A stretch of DNA of 32,000 nucleotides, taken from Synechococcus sp. A15-28 (lineage in GTDB: Bacteria; Cyanobacteriota; Cyanobacteriia; PCC-6307; Cyanobiaceae). Where the stretch lies: positions 780,001 to 812,000 of the forward strand of contig NZ_CP047931.1 of the NCBI RefSeq assembly GCF_014280175.1. Direction: 5' to 3'. This document shows, piece by piece, positions 18,180 through 25,880 of the stretch. The position numbers and the translations under genes are program-made. How positions within the stretch are numbered: the stretch's first letter is position 1; every line of letters starts with the position of its first letter. A model generated the notes under the pieces. The model saw only the letters and a list, made by a program, of their open reading frames with translations. It had not been told where the DNA came from and ran no database searches.

Positions 18180-19412
18180 ATGCCGCGCCTAGCACCGGCT
18201 CAGCTTCTCGAGGAACTCACTTCCGTCGAGGACCTGCTGATCGTCCAGGACCTCGATGGCGTCTGCATGCAGTTGGTGAAAGATCCCCTCACCCGCCGCA
18301 TGGATGCAGGCTACGTGGATGCTGCGGCGGACCTGCGCGGAAGCTTCGTGGTGCTCACCAACGGCGAGCACGAGGGACGTCGCGGCGTGAACCGGCTGGT
18401 GGAATCGGCCCTGGGGGATCAGGTCAGGCCGGATCAACAGGGTCTGTACTTGCCGGGCCTGGCCGCCGGCGGTGTTCAGCTTCAGGACCGTTTCGGTCAG
18501 CTCAGCCACCCGGGGGTGAGTGATGCCGAAATGTTGTTTCTTGCTTCAGCGCCGCAGCGGATGGAGCAGTTGCTGCTGGAGCGGCTGCCGGCTGAATTGC
18601 CGGGAGTGTCTGCGGAGCAGCTGAAGACCCTGGCTCAGCAGGCCGTGCTCGACACCCAGGTGTCGCCCACCATCAACCTCAATGGTGTCTTCGCTTTGGT
18701 GCCGGGGGATGTGCCCCGTCAGCGGCGTCTTCAACAGATGCTGGCCGACCTGATGGAGCAGTTGCTGCAGGAGGCCGACGCCGCGGGGCTGGAGGGATCG
18801 TTCTTTCTGCACGTTGCCCCCAACCTCGGCCGTGATGCCGATGGTCGTGAGCGTGCCAAGCCTGCCGCCGCTGGTGATGTCGGCACCACGGACATTCAGT
18901 TCATGTTGACGGGATCGCTCAAGGAAGCCGGCCTGTTGGTGCTGATCAATCAGCACATGGCCCGCCGCCACGGAGTTGTCCCGCTGGGGGAAGATTTCAA
19001 CGTGCGCACGGCGCCCCGGGACCATGGGGCTCTGCTGCGGTTAGCCCAGGAACGGTTGCCGATGGAGCGGATGCCGCTCCTGGTGGGGGTGGGCGACACG
19101 GTGACGTCCACGCCGACAGACGACGGAAGCGGTTGGCTCCGGGGCGGCAGCGATCGTGGCTTTCTCACACTGCTGAAGGCACTGGGTGTCTGCAGTCATC
19201 AACCCAACCGCGTGATCCTGGTGGACAGCAGCCATGGCGAGGTGGATCGCCCCAGCCTGACTGATGGCCGCCTGCTGGGGATCAGTGATTCAGAGGATCC
19301 CCTGGAGCTGGATGTGCTGATGCCGGGAGGGCCGGCGGAGTACATCAGCTGGTTCCAGGCTCTGGCTCAGCGACGGCGGGTTGGCGGTCGTACCAGTCCT
19401 GAGACGGCCTGA
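18180..19412 (+). CDS. stpA: Glucosylglycerol-phosphate phosphatase (StpA/GgpP)
   Basis: The N-terminal block LLIVQDLDGVCMQLV...VLTNGEH matches my recollection of Synechocystis StpA, and the length (about 410 aa) fits. The start is ambiguous: ATG 18180 or TTG 18159. Confidence 0.7.
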   Translation: MPRLAPAQLLEELTSVEDLLIVQDLDGVCMQLVKDPLTRRMDAGYVDAAADLRGSFVVLTNGEHEGRRGVNRLVESALGDQVRPDQQGLYLPGLAAGGVQLQDRFGQLSHPGVSDAEMLFLASAPQRMEQLLLERLPAELPGVSAEQLKTLAQQAVLDTQVSPTINLNGVFALVPGDVPRQRRLQQMLADLMEQLLQEADAAGLEGSFFLHVAPNLGRDADGRERAKPAAAGDVGTTDIQFMLTGSLKEAGLLVLINQHMARRHGVVPLGEDFNVRTAPRDHGALLRLAQERLPMERMPLLVGVGDTVTSTPTDDGSGWLRGGSDRGFLTLLKALGVCSHQPNRVILVDSSHGEVDRPSLTDGRLLGISDSEDPLELDVLMPGGPAEYISWFQALAQRRRVGGRTSPETA

Positions 19413-20307
19413 TTTTCAGCAGGAACGGCATCTGGGTGATCGAGGGCTTGCCACCGCTCACCCAGACCGCATGCTCGTGGCTCCAGGGGCGTTTCCCGGG
19501 AACGATCAGACGCGATTTGGAGGCATGGTCCGGTAGGTAGGACGCCAAAAACCCCTTGCTGCTGACAAAGCTCTGGAGATCGCTGAACAGGACTCCGTCG
19601 GCTGTTTCCACCAGTTCAAGCTGTCCATCCGGCCGCAGGCCGTAGACGATGCGCACATCCGCGAGTCGCATTTCGCCGTAAACACCTGCGTAAGAGCGTG
19701 GAGCGTCTTGAGTGGTGTTGGTGAACGCATGCAGTCCACCGATGAACACCCGCAACCGTTGCTCCAGCTCGGGCGTCAGCGGGCCATAGCCGAACTCCAG
19801 CTCACCGGAACGGCTGATCCCAACCCAGGCCCGTTCGGCGGCGGCGGCTCGATTGCCTGAGGGCCACAGCCCATTGGCCAGCATCAGGTCTCCATGGAGT
19901 CGCATGGCCAAGTCACCATTGCCGCTCGCCCGGGCAAAGGTGGGCCCAGAGGTGAACAACAGTGCCTCCTCATCGATGTTGGCTTCCATCTCCCGGTTCC
20001 AGCCACCGAAGAATTCGATCGTGGTCCAGCGGGGATCCACAATCACGCTGGTGTAACCGATGCTGATGCTCGCGCCATCGGAGCGATGCACGTCCAACGT
20101 CTGATTCGGAAGAAATCGCGTTAGTTGATCTCTCGATGGAGGCGGGATTGGCGGTTCGATCTGGGGAACCATCCCGCTGATCGACTGCGGCAGCGAACGC
20201 TCGGACTGATTGTTTGGGTGCATCCACAACGCGACCCCTATGCCGAGCAAGCCTGATGCCAGGCAGATCGCCAGCAGCGGCAGGGGGCGCACGGGGCAGG
20301 ATTGCAT
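19345..20307 (-). CDS. Membrane-anchored hypothetical protein (weak resemblance to the DUF2233/phosphodiester glycosidase fold)
   Basis: 320-aa ORF with an N-terminal TM anchor (LPLLAICLASGLLGIGVALW). Its 3' end overlaps the ggpP 3' end by 68 bp, convergently. Confidence 0.5.
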   Translation of the reverse strand: MQSCPVRPLPLLAICLASGLLGIGVALWMHPNNQSERSLPQSISGMVPQIEPPIPPPSRDQLTRFLPNQTLDVHRSDGASISIGYTSVIVDPRWTTIEFFGGWNREMEANIDEEALLFTSGPTFARASGNGDLAMRLHGDLMLANGLWPSGNRAAAAERAWVGISRSGELEFGYGPLTPELEQRLRVFIGGLHAFTNTTQDAPRSYAGVYGEMRLADVRIVYGLRPDGQLELVETADGVLFSDLQSFVSSKGFLASYLPDHASKSRLIVPGKRPWSHEHAVWVSGGKPSITQMPFLLKIRPSQDWYDRQPAVAEPEPGTS

Positions 20308-20421
20308 CCCTTCAGTGTGAGCCAGTTCTGGGGCTTCAGCAATATCGGCCTGATATCAATCACCGGGATCCAGTATGAGATTGTTCTCGAGATTGCTGAG
20401 GGACGGTCACAACGCGTGATC

Positions 20422-20482
20422 CATCAAGTCATCCAGCAATGACTCAATCTTTTGTTGTGATTGATACGGATGACTTGTGATG
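20422..20482. promoter_or_regulatory. Nested imperfect inverted repeat in the AT-richer divergent promoter region upstream of arsS
   Basis: CATCAAGTCATCC (20422-20434) pairs with GGATGACTTGtGATG (20468-20482). An inner pair TCAATC / GATTGA flanks TTTTGTTGT. Confidence 0.25.
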
Positions 20483-20541
20483 CAGCGGTCAGATCCACGG
20501 TTGGGTCGTTTGATCTGAAATGATCCAATTCCCTGAACTCG

Positions 20542-21492
20542 TTGGTGCTGATCGCCCGTTCCCTGCCGTTTCCCCCCCTTCAGCGCGGGGTGCTCACCAC
20601 CCTTCAGGTCAACCTCGGTTACCGCTGCAACCAGAGCTGCAGCCACTGCCATGTCAATGCCGGTCCCACCAGGACCGAAATGATGAGCGCGGAGCTGGTG
20701 GCGCTGATCCCGTCCGTGCTGGAGCATCGAGCGATCCGTTGTCTGGATCTCACCGGCGGGGCACCGGAACTCCATCCCGACTTCCGTTCCCTGGTGCGCC
20801 AGGCCCGGGATCAGGGGGTTTCCGTGATCGATCGCTGCAATCTCACGATTCTTTCGGAGCCTGGACAGGACACCTTGGCCCAGTTTCTGGCTGACCAGCG
20901 GGTCGGTGTGATCGCCTCCCTGCCCTGTTACAGCGCCGCCAATGTCGACCAACAGCGGGGCGATGGGGTGTTTGAACGCAGCCTTGAGGGGTTGCGGATG
21001 CTGAATGCCCTCGGGTACGGCAGTGGGGATCCAGAGCGATCCCTCGACCTGGTGTTCAATCCGCAGGGTCCGTCTCTCCCTCCAGCCCAAGAGGTTCTGG
21101 AGACGGATTACAAGCGCGAACTCGGATTCCTGGGCATCCGTTTCGATCGGTTGCTGACCTTGGCCAACATGCCGATTCAGCGCTTTTCCCGTCAGCTGGA
21201 GCTGCAAGGTCGACTGGCGGCCTATCAGCGTTTGCTGGAGGAGGCCCACAACCCTGCCAATCTTGCGGCGGTGATGTGCCGCCAACTGCTCAGCGTCGAC
21301 TGGCAGGGGAATCTGTATGACTGCGATTTCAATCAGCAACTTGGCCTGTCAACCCAGGGGCATGTCCGCCACCTGAGCGATCTTCTGGATGCCTCGATCC
21401 CGATCGAGAGTGATCGGATTCGAACGGCGCAGCATTGCTTCGGCTGCACGGCCGGAGCGGGATCCAGCTGCGGTGGAGCTCTTCAGGGCTGA
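20542..21492 (+). CDS. arsS: Arsenosugar-biosynthesis radical SAM protein ArsS (radical SAM / Cys-rich C-terminal family)
   Basis: The CNQSCSHCHV cluster motif is preceded by LQVNLGYR. C-terminal CDFNQQLG and CFGCTAGAGSSCGG. The start is non-ATG (TTG 20542 or GTG 20545). Confidence 0.8.
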   Translation: MVLIARSLPFPPLQRGVLTTLQVNLGYRCNQSCSHCHVNAGPTRTEMMSAELVALIPSVLEHRAIRCLDLTGGAPELHPDFRSLVRQARDQGVSVIDRCNLTILSEPGQDTLAQFLADQRVGVIASLPCYSAANVDQQRGDGVFERSLEGLRMLNALGYGSGDPERSLDLVFNPQGPSLPPAQEVLETDYKRELGFLGIRFDRLLTLANMPIQRFSRQLELQGRLAAYQRLLEEAHNPANLAAVMCRQLLSVDWQGNLYDCDFNQQLGLSTQGHVRHLSDLLDASIPIESDRIRTAQHCFGCTAGAGSSCGGALQG

Positions 21493-21767
21493 CCCGGTTC
21501 CGCTGCAGCGATGCGGTGGATGGCGACACCGGCGGGAGCGAGCAGTAGCACCATCTCACTGATGCGTTGTTGCTGGCCATCCAGGGCATGGACCCCTCCG
21601 GACACCAGATCAGTAGCGCGCTGGGCCAGCTCAGGAGTCAGGCGACTCAGATTCAGCACCACGGTGCGTTGCTCCCGTACGGCCAGCACGGCTTCCAGGG
21701 CGTCATTGAAGTGCTCGGGCATCAGCACGACCACGTCATGCCATCCATCGGAGCGACTGTTCACCAT
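21483..21767 (-). CDS. Short SepF-like (DUF552) protein
   Basis: DVVVLMPEHFNDALEAVLAVREQRTVVLNLSRLTPELAQRATDLVSGGVHALDGQQQRISEMVLLLAP matches the SepF core pattern. I chose start ATG 21767; the ORF upstream of it is Pro/Ala/Ser-rich. Confidence 0.65.
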   Translation of the reverse strand: MVNSRSDGWHDVVVLMPEHFNDALEAVLAVREQRTVVLNLSRLTPELAQRATDLVSGGVHALDGQQQRISEMVLLLAPAGVAIHRIAAAEPGQP

Positions 21768-21801
21768 GGGGGCATGATGTAATGCTGTTGCTGAACGGCT
21801 G

Positions 21802-22023
21802 GTGTCACCTGCTGGACTGTTGCTCGCTTTGCTGACCCTGGGGCTCTGGGGCGGGCTTGTGTCAGCGCATGAGCATGGAGGACAACCCAAGCAGGCGATG
21901 TTCAAGACGCGGGCTGAAGCGGAGGCGGCGGCTCCAGGCTTCGGCTGCAAGGGGGCCCATGCCATGGGCGAGATGTGGATGGTCTGTGAGAAGCATGGTC
22001 AGTCCGAGCAGCACGGACACTGA
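21802..22023 (+). CDS. Secreted small DUF3721-motif protein with His-rich flanks
   Basis: GTG start and signal peptide (LLLALLTLGLWGGLVSA/HEHGG). Module FKTRAEAEAAAPGFGCKGAHAMGEMWMVCEKH, then HGQSEQHGH. Confidence 0.6.
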   Translation: MSPAGLLLALLTLGLWGGLVSAHEHGGQPKQAMFKTRAEAEAAAPGFGCKGAHAMGEMWMVCEKHGQSEQHGH

Positions 22024-22026
22024 GCC

Positions 22027-22425
22027 ATGGCAACGGAAGGGGGACATTGCGGCAGCAAACCGAAGCGGATTGCCATCGGGGTTGCCCCGCTGGGCACCAT
22101 TTCAATCGGCATCGTCCCGATGGGGGTGATCTGCATCGGTGTGGTGCCGATGGGGGTCGTCTCCATCGGTGTGGTGGCCATGGGTGTGTTCAACGCCGCC
22201 ATCGTTGGGATGGGACTGGTGGCGGTCGGGGTGAACACGATGGGGGTGATCACAGCAGGGCCGATGAGCATGGGGCTGATTCAGATCCGCTCCACCACCA
22301 ACCCTCGCTACCTGGCCTACCCCAGCCGTGAGGAGGCGGAAGCCCAGTCGAAGCTTCTGGGTTGTGAGGGGGTGCATCGCATGGGTGACCGGTACTGGAT
22401 GCCCTGCAATGAACACCCCAAGTAG
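22027..22425 (+). CDS. Membrane protein: seven 10-aa hydrophobic Gly-rich repeats plus a C-terminal DUF3721-motif module
   Basis: The ATG lies 3 nt after the upstream stop. Repeats IGxxPMGVxS x7, then YPSREEAEAQSKLLGCEGVHRMGDRYWMPCNEH, paralogous to the preceding gene. Confidence 0.6.
   Translation: MATEGGHCGSKPKRIAIGVAPLGTISIGIVPMGVICIGVVPMGVVSIGVVAMGVFNAAIVGMGLVAVGVNTMGVITAGPMSMGLIQIRSTTNPRYLAYPSREEAEAQSKLLGCEGVHRMGDRYWMPCNEHPK
22075..22284 (+). repeat. In-frame tandem repeat, 7 x 30 bp
   Basis: Units start atcggggttgcc..., atcggcatcgtc..., atcggtgtggtg..., atcggtgtggtg..., gccgccatcgtt..., gtcggggtgaac..., gcagggccgatg.... All share a central ATGGG. Confidence 0.85.
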
Positions 22426-22434
22426 CGGAGTGCG

Positions 22435-22893
22435 TCAGTCCTGACAATCCGGGCAGAGAGCCCGCACATTCAGGCTGGATTCGATCAACTTGAACCCTAA
22501 CTGCTGGGCGGCATCGGCACCGGCCATCAGCACCGGCTCGCTTTCGAATTCTTCGGTGCGTCCGCAGCGGATGCACACCACGTGATGGTGATCACGGTGA
22601 TCACCCTGGGCAAGCTCAAAGCGACGGCCCCCTTCACTGAGTTCCAACTCCTGCAGAAACCCCATGTCCGCCAGCAGGCGCAGGGTTCGGTACACAGTGG
22701 CCAGTGAGACCTTCAGCTGCAGGGAGGCCAGTTGTTGATGCACCTCCTCCGCGCTCAGGTGACAGCCGGATCCACGGTGTTCGAACAACTCGAGAACCCG
22801 TTTGCGCTGGGGTGTCAGACGACGACCGTCTTCATGCAGGCCCTGCTGCAGGGATCCATTGGCGGGAGCAGACGGGGAGGACAGCGACACCAA
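22435..22893 (-). CDS. fur: Ferric uptake regulator (FurA-type Fur-family repressor)
   Basis: RLTPQRKRVLELF, HLSAEEV, LATVYRTLRLLADMGFLQELEL, DHHHVVCIRCGRTEEF, ALCPDCQ. This pattern matches cyanobacterial FurA rather than Zur/PerR. The start is non-ATG (TTG 22893 or GTG 22890). Confidence 0.85.
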   Translation of the reverse strand: MVSLSSPSAPANGSLQQGLHEDGRRLTPQRKRVLELFEHRGSGCHLSAEEVHQQLASLQLKVSLATVYRTLRLLADMGFLQELELSEGGRRFELAQGDHRDHHHVVCIRCGRTEEFESEPVLMAGADAAQQLGFKLIESSLNVRALCPDCQD

Positions 22894-22919
22894 CCGGGAT
22901 CAACTGTTCTCAACAGTAG

Positions 22920-22929
22920 TCATTAATGA
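22920..22929. promoter_or_regulatory. Candidate Fur-box core: perfect AT-rich palindrome TCATTAATGA
   Basis: It sits in the 105-bp divergent region between fur and the DUF3764-like gene. It is the most AT-rich element locally and resembles the ATCATT/AATGAT half-sites of Fur boxes. Confidence 0.3.
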
Positions 22930-22998
22930 GAGCGTTCAATCCGTGATGCTGCTGTGCGGAGAACGGTGTACGTTCCGGGCGCTGCTCTCGCTACATCG

Positions 22999-23265
22999 AT
23001 GGAAACCCACGTGCTCACCTTCACGATCACCAAGCCCTTCAGCGAATGGGCCAAGGTGTACGACGAGTCAGCTCCCTTCCAGAAAGCTGCCGGCATCACC
23101 TCGCTCTATCGCGGCGTCAGCAAGGAGGACCCCAGCAAGGTGTGCGCTGTGATGCAAGCCCAGCCCGGCGTGATGGAGCAGTTCATCGAAGACAACACCG
23201 AGTTGATCGTCTCCTCCGGTCACGTGCTGGAGAGCACCATCAGCCAGGTGTTCCTCGCCGGCTGA
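22999..23265 (+). CDS. Small cyanobacterial protein (DUF3764-like)
   Basis: METHVLTFTITKPFSEWAKVYDES...; 88 aa from ATG 22999. First gene of an overlapping 3-gene plus-strand set. Confidence 0.55.
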   Translation: METHVLTFTITKPFSEWAKVYDESAPFQKAAGITSLYRGVSKEDPSKVCAVMQAQPGVMEQFIEDNTELIVSSGHVLESTISQVFLAG

Positions 23266-23498
23266 TGGGCTGGAATCCTGCCCGGGCCTGGACCAGTCAG
23301 GCTCCGGTCGGGGGGTATCGGCACTTCCAGCTGGTGCTGCAGGGTGGCCGCGGCGATCAGCGATGGGTGGAGCTGGCGGCCGTGCTGGCACCGGAGCATC
23401 GCGAGCGGGTGCTATGGCGGGATCTGAAGGATCGCTCCCGCTGGATCAGTGGTTGGCAGTCCATTCCCGAGAGCCATGCGGATCCTGCAGCTGAGTGA
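23265..23498 (+). CDS. Trp-rich small protein (TIGR02450-like)
   Basis: W...YRHFQLV...VELAAV...[14 protein letters not shown] pattern. The start overlaps the upstream stop (TGATG). Confidence 0.6.
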   Translation: MGWNPARAWTSQAPVGGYRHFQLVLQGGRGDQRWVELAAVLAPEHRERVLWRDLKDRSRWISGWQSIPESHADPAAE

Positions 23499-24237
23499 CC
23501 CCCATCTGGTGGCCGCCGATGCGGCCATGGTGCGGGAACGACCGGCCCTTGCGTTGCTGGAACGAGCCCTGTTGGAGGGGCAGCGCGAACGTCCCGATCT
23601 GCTGCTGATCAGCGGTGATCTCTGCCAGGACGAGAGCTGGGGCGGCTACGTCCGCCTGCAACGCCTGCTGGATCGTCACGTCAACGTTCCCGTCGGCCTG
23701 TTGCCCGGCAACCACGATCACCCGCTGCTGCTGAAGGCCGTGCTGGGTCGTCGTTTCTGCACGGCTCCCGCCGAGCTGATTGTTCAAGGGACGCGACTGG
23801 TGTTGCTCAACAGCCATCGCAGCGGTTGTTCCGCCGGTTGGCTCGGGACCCATCAGCTGCATTGGTTGCAGCAACGCCTCGCCGATCCTGTGCGCCGGGA
23901 TCTGCCTCTGGTGGTGGCTTTGCATCATCCGCCGGTGGCCATCGGTCACCCCGTGATGGACACGATGAATCTCACCGATCACCACCAGCTGGCAGCCATC
24001 CTTCAGTCCCATGCCGCGCTGCGGGCCGTCGTCTTCGGTCACATCCATCAGCACTGGCAAGGATCCTGGCCCCAGCGTCCGGATGTGCCGTTGCTGGGGT
24101 GTCCCTCCACGTTGCGCGGTTTCCAGTGCGTGCAGCCCTGTCCTCTCGGCCGGGCCGATGATCCGGGGGGGCGCCTTCTGGAGATTCACAACGACGGCAG
24201 CCTCAGCCACCGCGTGTTGCGCTGGTCATCCTGTTGA
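23476..24237 (+). CDS. Metallophosphoesterase (CpdA-like calcineurin-type phosphodiesterase)
   Basis: [27 protein letters not shown] and FGHIH motifs. It overlaps the upstream gene by 23 bp. Confidence 0.8.
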   Translation: MRILQLSDPHLVAADAAMVRERPALALLERALLEGQRERPDLLLISGDLCQDESWGGYVRLQRLLDRHVNVPVGLLPGNHDHPLLLKAVLGRRFCTAPAELIVQGTRLVLLNSHRSGCSAGWLGTHQLHWLQQRLADPVRRDLPLVVALHHPPVAIGHPVMDTMNLTDHHQLAAILQSHAALRAVVFGHIHQHWQGSWPQRPDVPLLGCPSTLRGFQCVQPCPLGRADDPGGRLLEIHNDGSLSHRVLRWSSC

Positions 24238-24242
24238 ACTAA

Positions 24243-24494
24243 TCAGCCCATCCCCTTCTGGGATTCACGGAAAGCCTTGAGTTTGTCGATGTCTTTCTCT
24301 TCATCAATGCTGTAATCCGTGAGGATCAGCGCCTTGCCGATGGTGCCGAGGGCATACTCGATCCGATCGAGATCGCGGCGACCGGTCTCGTCCTGGCGGG
24401 CCGCTCGGATGACCTCAGGACACAGCTGATCGGCCAGTTGTTCGATGGCGGTTGCAATGGCACCAGCCTGTTGCAGGGGATCGTTCTGGTCCAT
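24243..24494 (-). CDS. Small hypothetical acidic protein
   Basis: 83 aa from ATG 24494. The ORF upstream of that start is Pro/Ser/Arg-rich and unlikely to be coding. It lies downstream of the 2OG oxygenase on the same strand. Confidence 0.45.
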   Translation of the reverse strand: MDQNDPLQQAGAIATAIEQLADQLCPEVIRAARQDETGRRDLDRIEYALGTIGKALILTDYSIDEEKDIDKLKAFRESQKGMG

Positions 24495-24537
24495 GGAGGG
24501 CTGGGCTTGCTCAGCAGGGAGACTCTGCCAGTTGGTC

Positions 24538-25230
24538 TCAGAATCCTCGGGGATTCGGCCGTTGACTTGATAAGGACACGTTCCCCTGCGGATTGGTGGG
24601 CTGCGGAGCTGCACCGGGGGCGGCGACGGCGTTGAAGGCGAGGGACCAGCGTTCCCCCTCGCCACGGAAGGGCATCACCGAATGGGGCTGCCAGGCCGGG
24701 AAGACGTAGAACTCACCCGGTACCGGCAGAACGTAGTGGGCCATTCCGGTGCGGAATGACTGGAGATGCCACTCCTCCGGACCGTGAAAGCAGAGCTGGC
24801 CGTCAAAGCTGTTGCCGTTGATCTGCGGCGGCACCTTGAGAAAGATCACCCCAGAGAAGCTGCCGCCGTGGGTGTGGGTGGGGTTGTAGTCGCCGGCGGT
24901 CTGGCAGTTGATCCAGAGATCGATCATCTGCAGCCGGTAACGGCCCGGCACCCAGGGACCACGCCCCTGGGGTGGCTGCCGATCCATCACGTGGCGGATC
25001 CAGCGATCACAGGCGGGCAGGAGATGCTCGGCCGTGAGTTGCTGGACCCCCGGTTGGTCGAACCTCAACTCCCGCTGCTGACGCAGCTGACCAGCCAGCT
25101 TGGCGGAGGCGTCTGGACTGGCGGAAGGGTTGGCCAGAACCGATTCCCCCAGAGCGATCAGTTGGTTCAGCAGCGGAGCTGGCAGCGTGCCGCGCAGGAT
25201 GGATCGCGGAAACAGGTCGAGAACATCCAC
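24538..25230 (-). CDS. Putative 2OG-Fe(II) oxygenase family protein (TIGR02466-like)
   Basis: DYNPTHTHGGSFSGVIFLKVP...FYVFPAWQPHSV...ERWSLAFN. I prefer GTG 25230 as the start (N-terminus VDVLDLFPRSIL). ATG 25356 is possible but would overlap the divergent gene. Confidence 0.65.
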   Translation of the reverse strand: MDVLDLFPRSILRGTLPAPLLNQLIALGESVLANPSASPDASAKLAGQLRQQRELRFDQPGVQQLTAEHLLPACDRWIRHVMDRQPPQGRGPWVPGRYRLQMIDLWINCQTAGDYNPTHTHGGSFSGVIFLKVPPQINGNSFDGQLCFHGPEEWHLQSFRTGMAHYVLPVPGEFYVFPAWQPHSVMPFRGEGERWSLAFNAVAAPGAAPQPTNPQGNVSLSSQRPNPRGF

Positions 25231-25297
25231 CGGCTCACTGGGACTCTGTAGGCCATCGTGCCAGCGCCAGAGTGGAGCCGATGTTCGTGGGGTGGTG

Positions 25298-25801
25298 ATG
25301 CTGCGCAAGGTCCTGATCGCTGGACTGATCCTGGTCGGCTGCAGTGCGCCGGTCATGGGGCAGCCATTGCCAGGTCAGCAGGGTCCAACGGCGGAACTGC
25401 TCGAGGGCAGCGGCCTGCGGTTGAGCACGCGTCGCACCGCGGAACGCTTCCCCGATGGCAATCGTCTCTGGAAAGTGGAGCTGCACCGCGGAGAGCGCTT
25501 GCTGGCCAGCTGGGATGCCGCCAGTGGCATCGCCGAACGCCAGTCGGCTGATCGACGCTGGAGTCCGGGTAATGCAGCCCCTCTGCCAGCAGGTGACTAC
25601 AGCCTCGGACAGCCGGAGCCGTGGGGGGATGATCTCTGGTTCGATCTGCAGCCGCGCTTCGACACCAGCCGCAGCGCCCTTGGGATTCACCGCTGCTACC
25701 CGGGAACCGGTTGCATCTGCATGCCAAGCCGTGCGGAGATTGATGCCCTGGCGGCCTGGGTGAAACGTGGACGACTTAGCAGGCTGCGGGTGATCAACTG
25801 A
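25298..25801 (+). CDS. L,D-transpeptidase-like (YkuD-fold) lipoprotein
   Basis: Lipobox LILVGCS. The C-terminal LGIHRCYPGTGCICMPSRAEIDAL resembles the H...(S/T)xGCIRM..xDIxxL catalytic motif. Confidence 0.55.
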   Translation: MLRKVLIAGLILVGCSAPVMGQPLPGQQGPTAELLEGSGLRLSTRRTAERFPDGNRLWKVELHRGERLLASWDAASGIAERQSADRRWSPGNAAPLPAGDYSLGQPEPWGDDLWFDLQPRFDTSRSALGIHRCYPGTGCICMPSRAEIDALAAWVKRGRLSRLRVIN

Positions 25802-25880
25802 ACCAAAGCAGTTACAACCTCGCGTGGTTTGCAGCACCGACCAAACGTCCCGGGATCACTAGAAACAGGTCGGTTTCATC

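Noticed and set aside
22075-22284. Regular 30-bp periodicity that could suggest a CRISPR-like or minisatellite array
   Set aside because: The units are contiguous with no spacers. They stay in frame within a 132-aa ORF and diverge mainly at synonymous or conservative positions. This is a coding repeat, not CRISPR.
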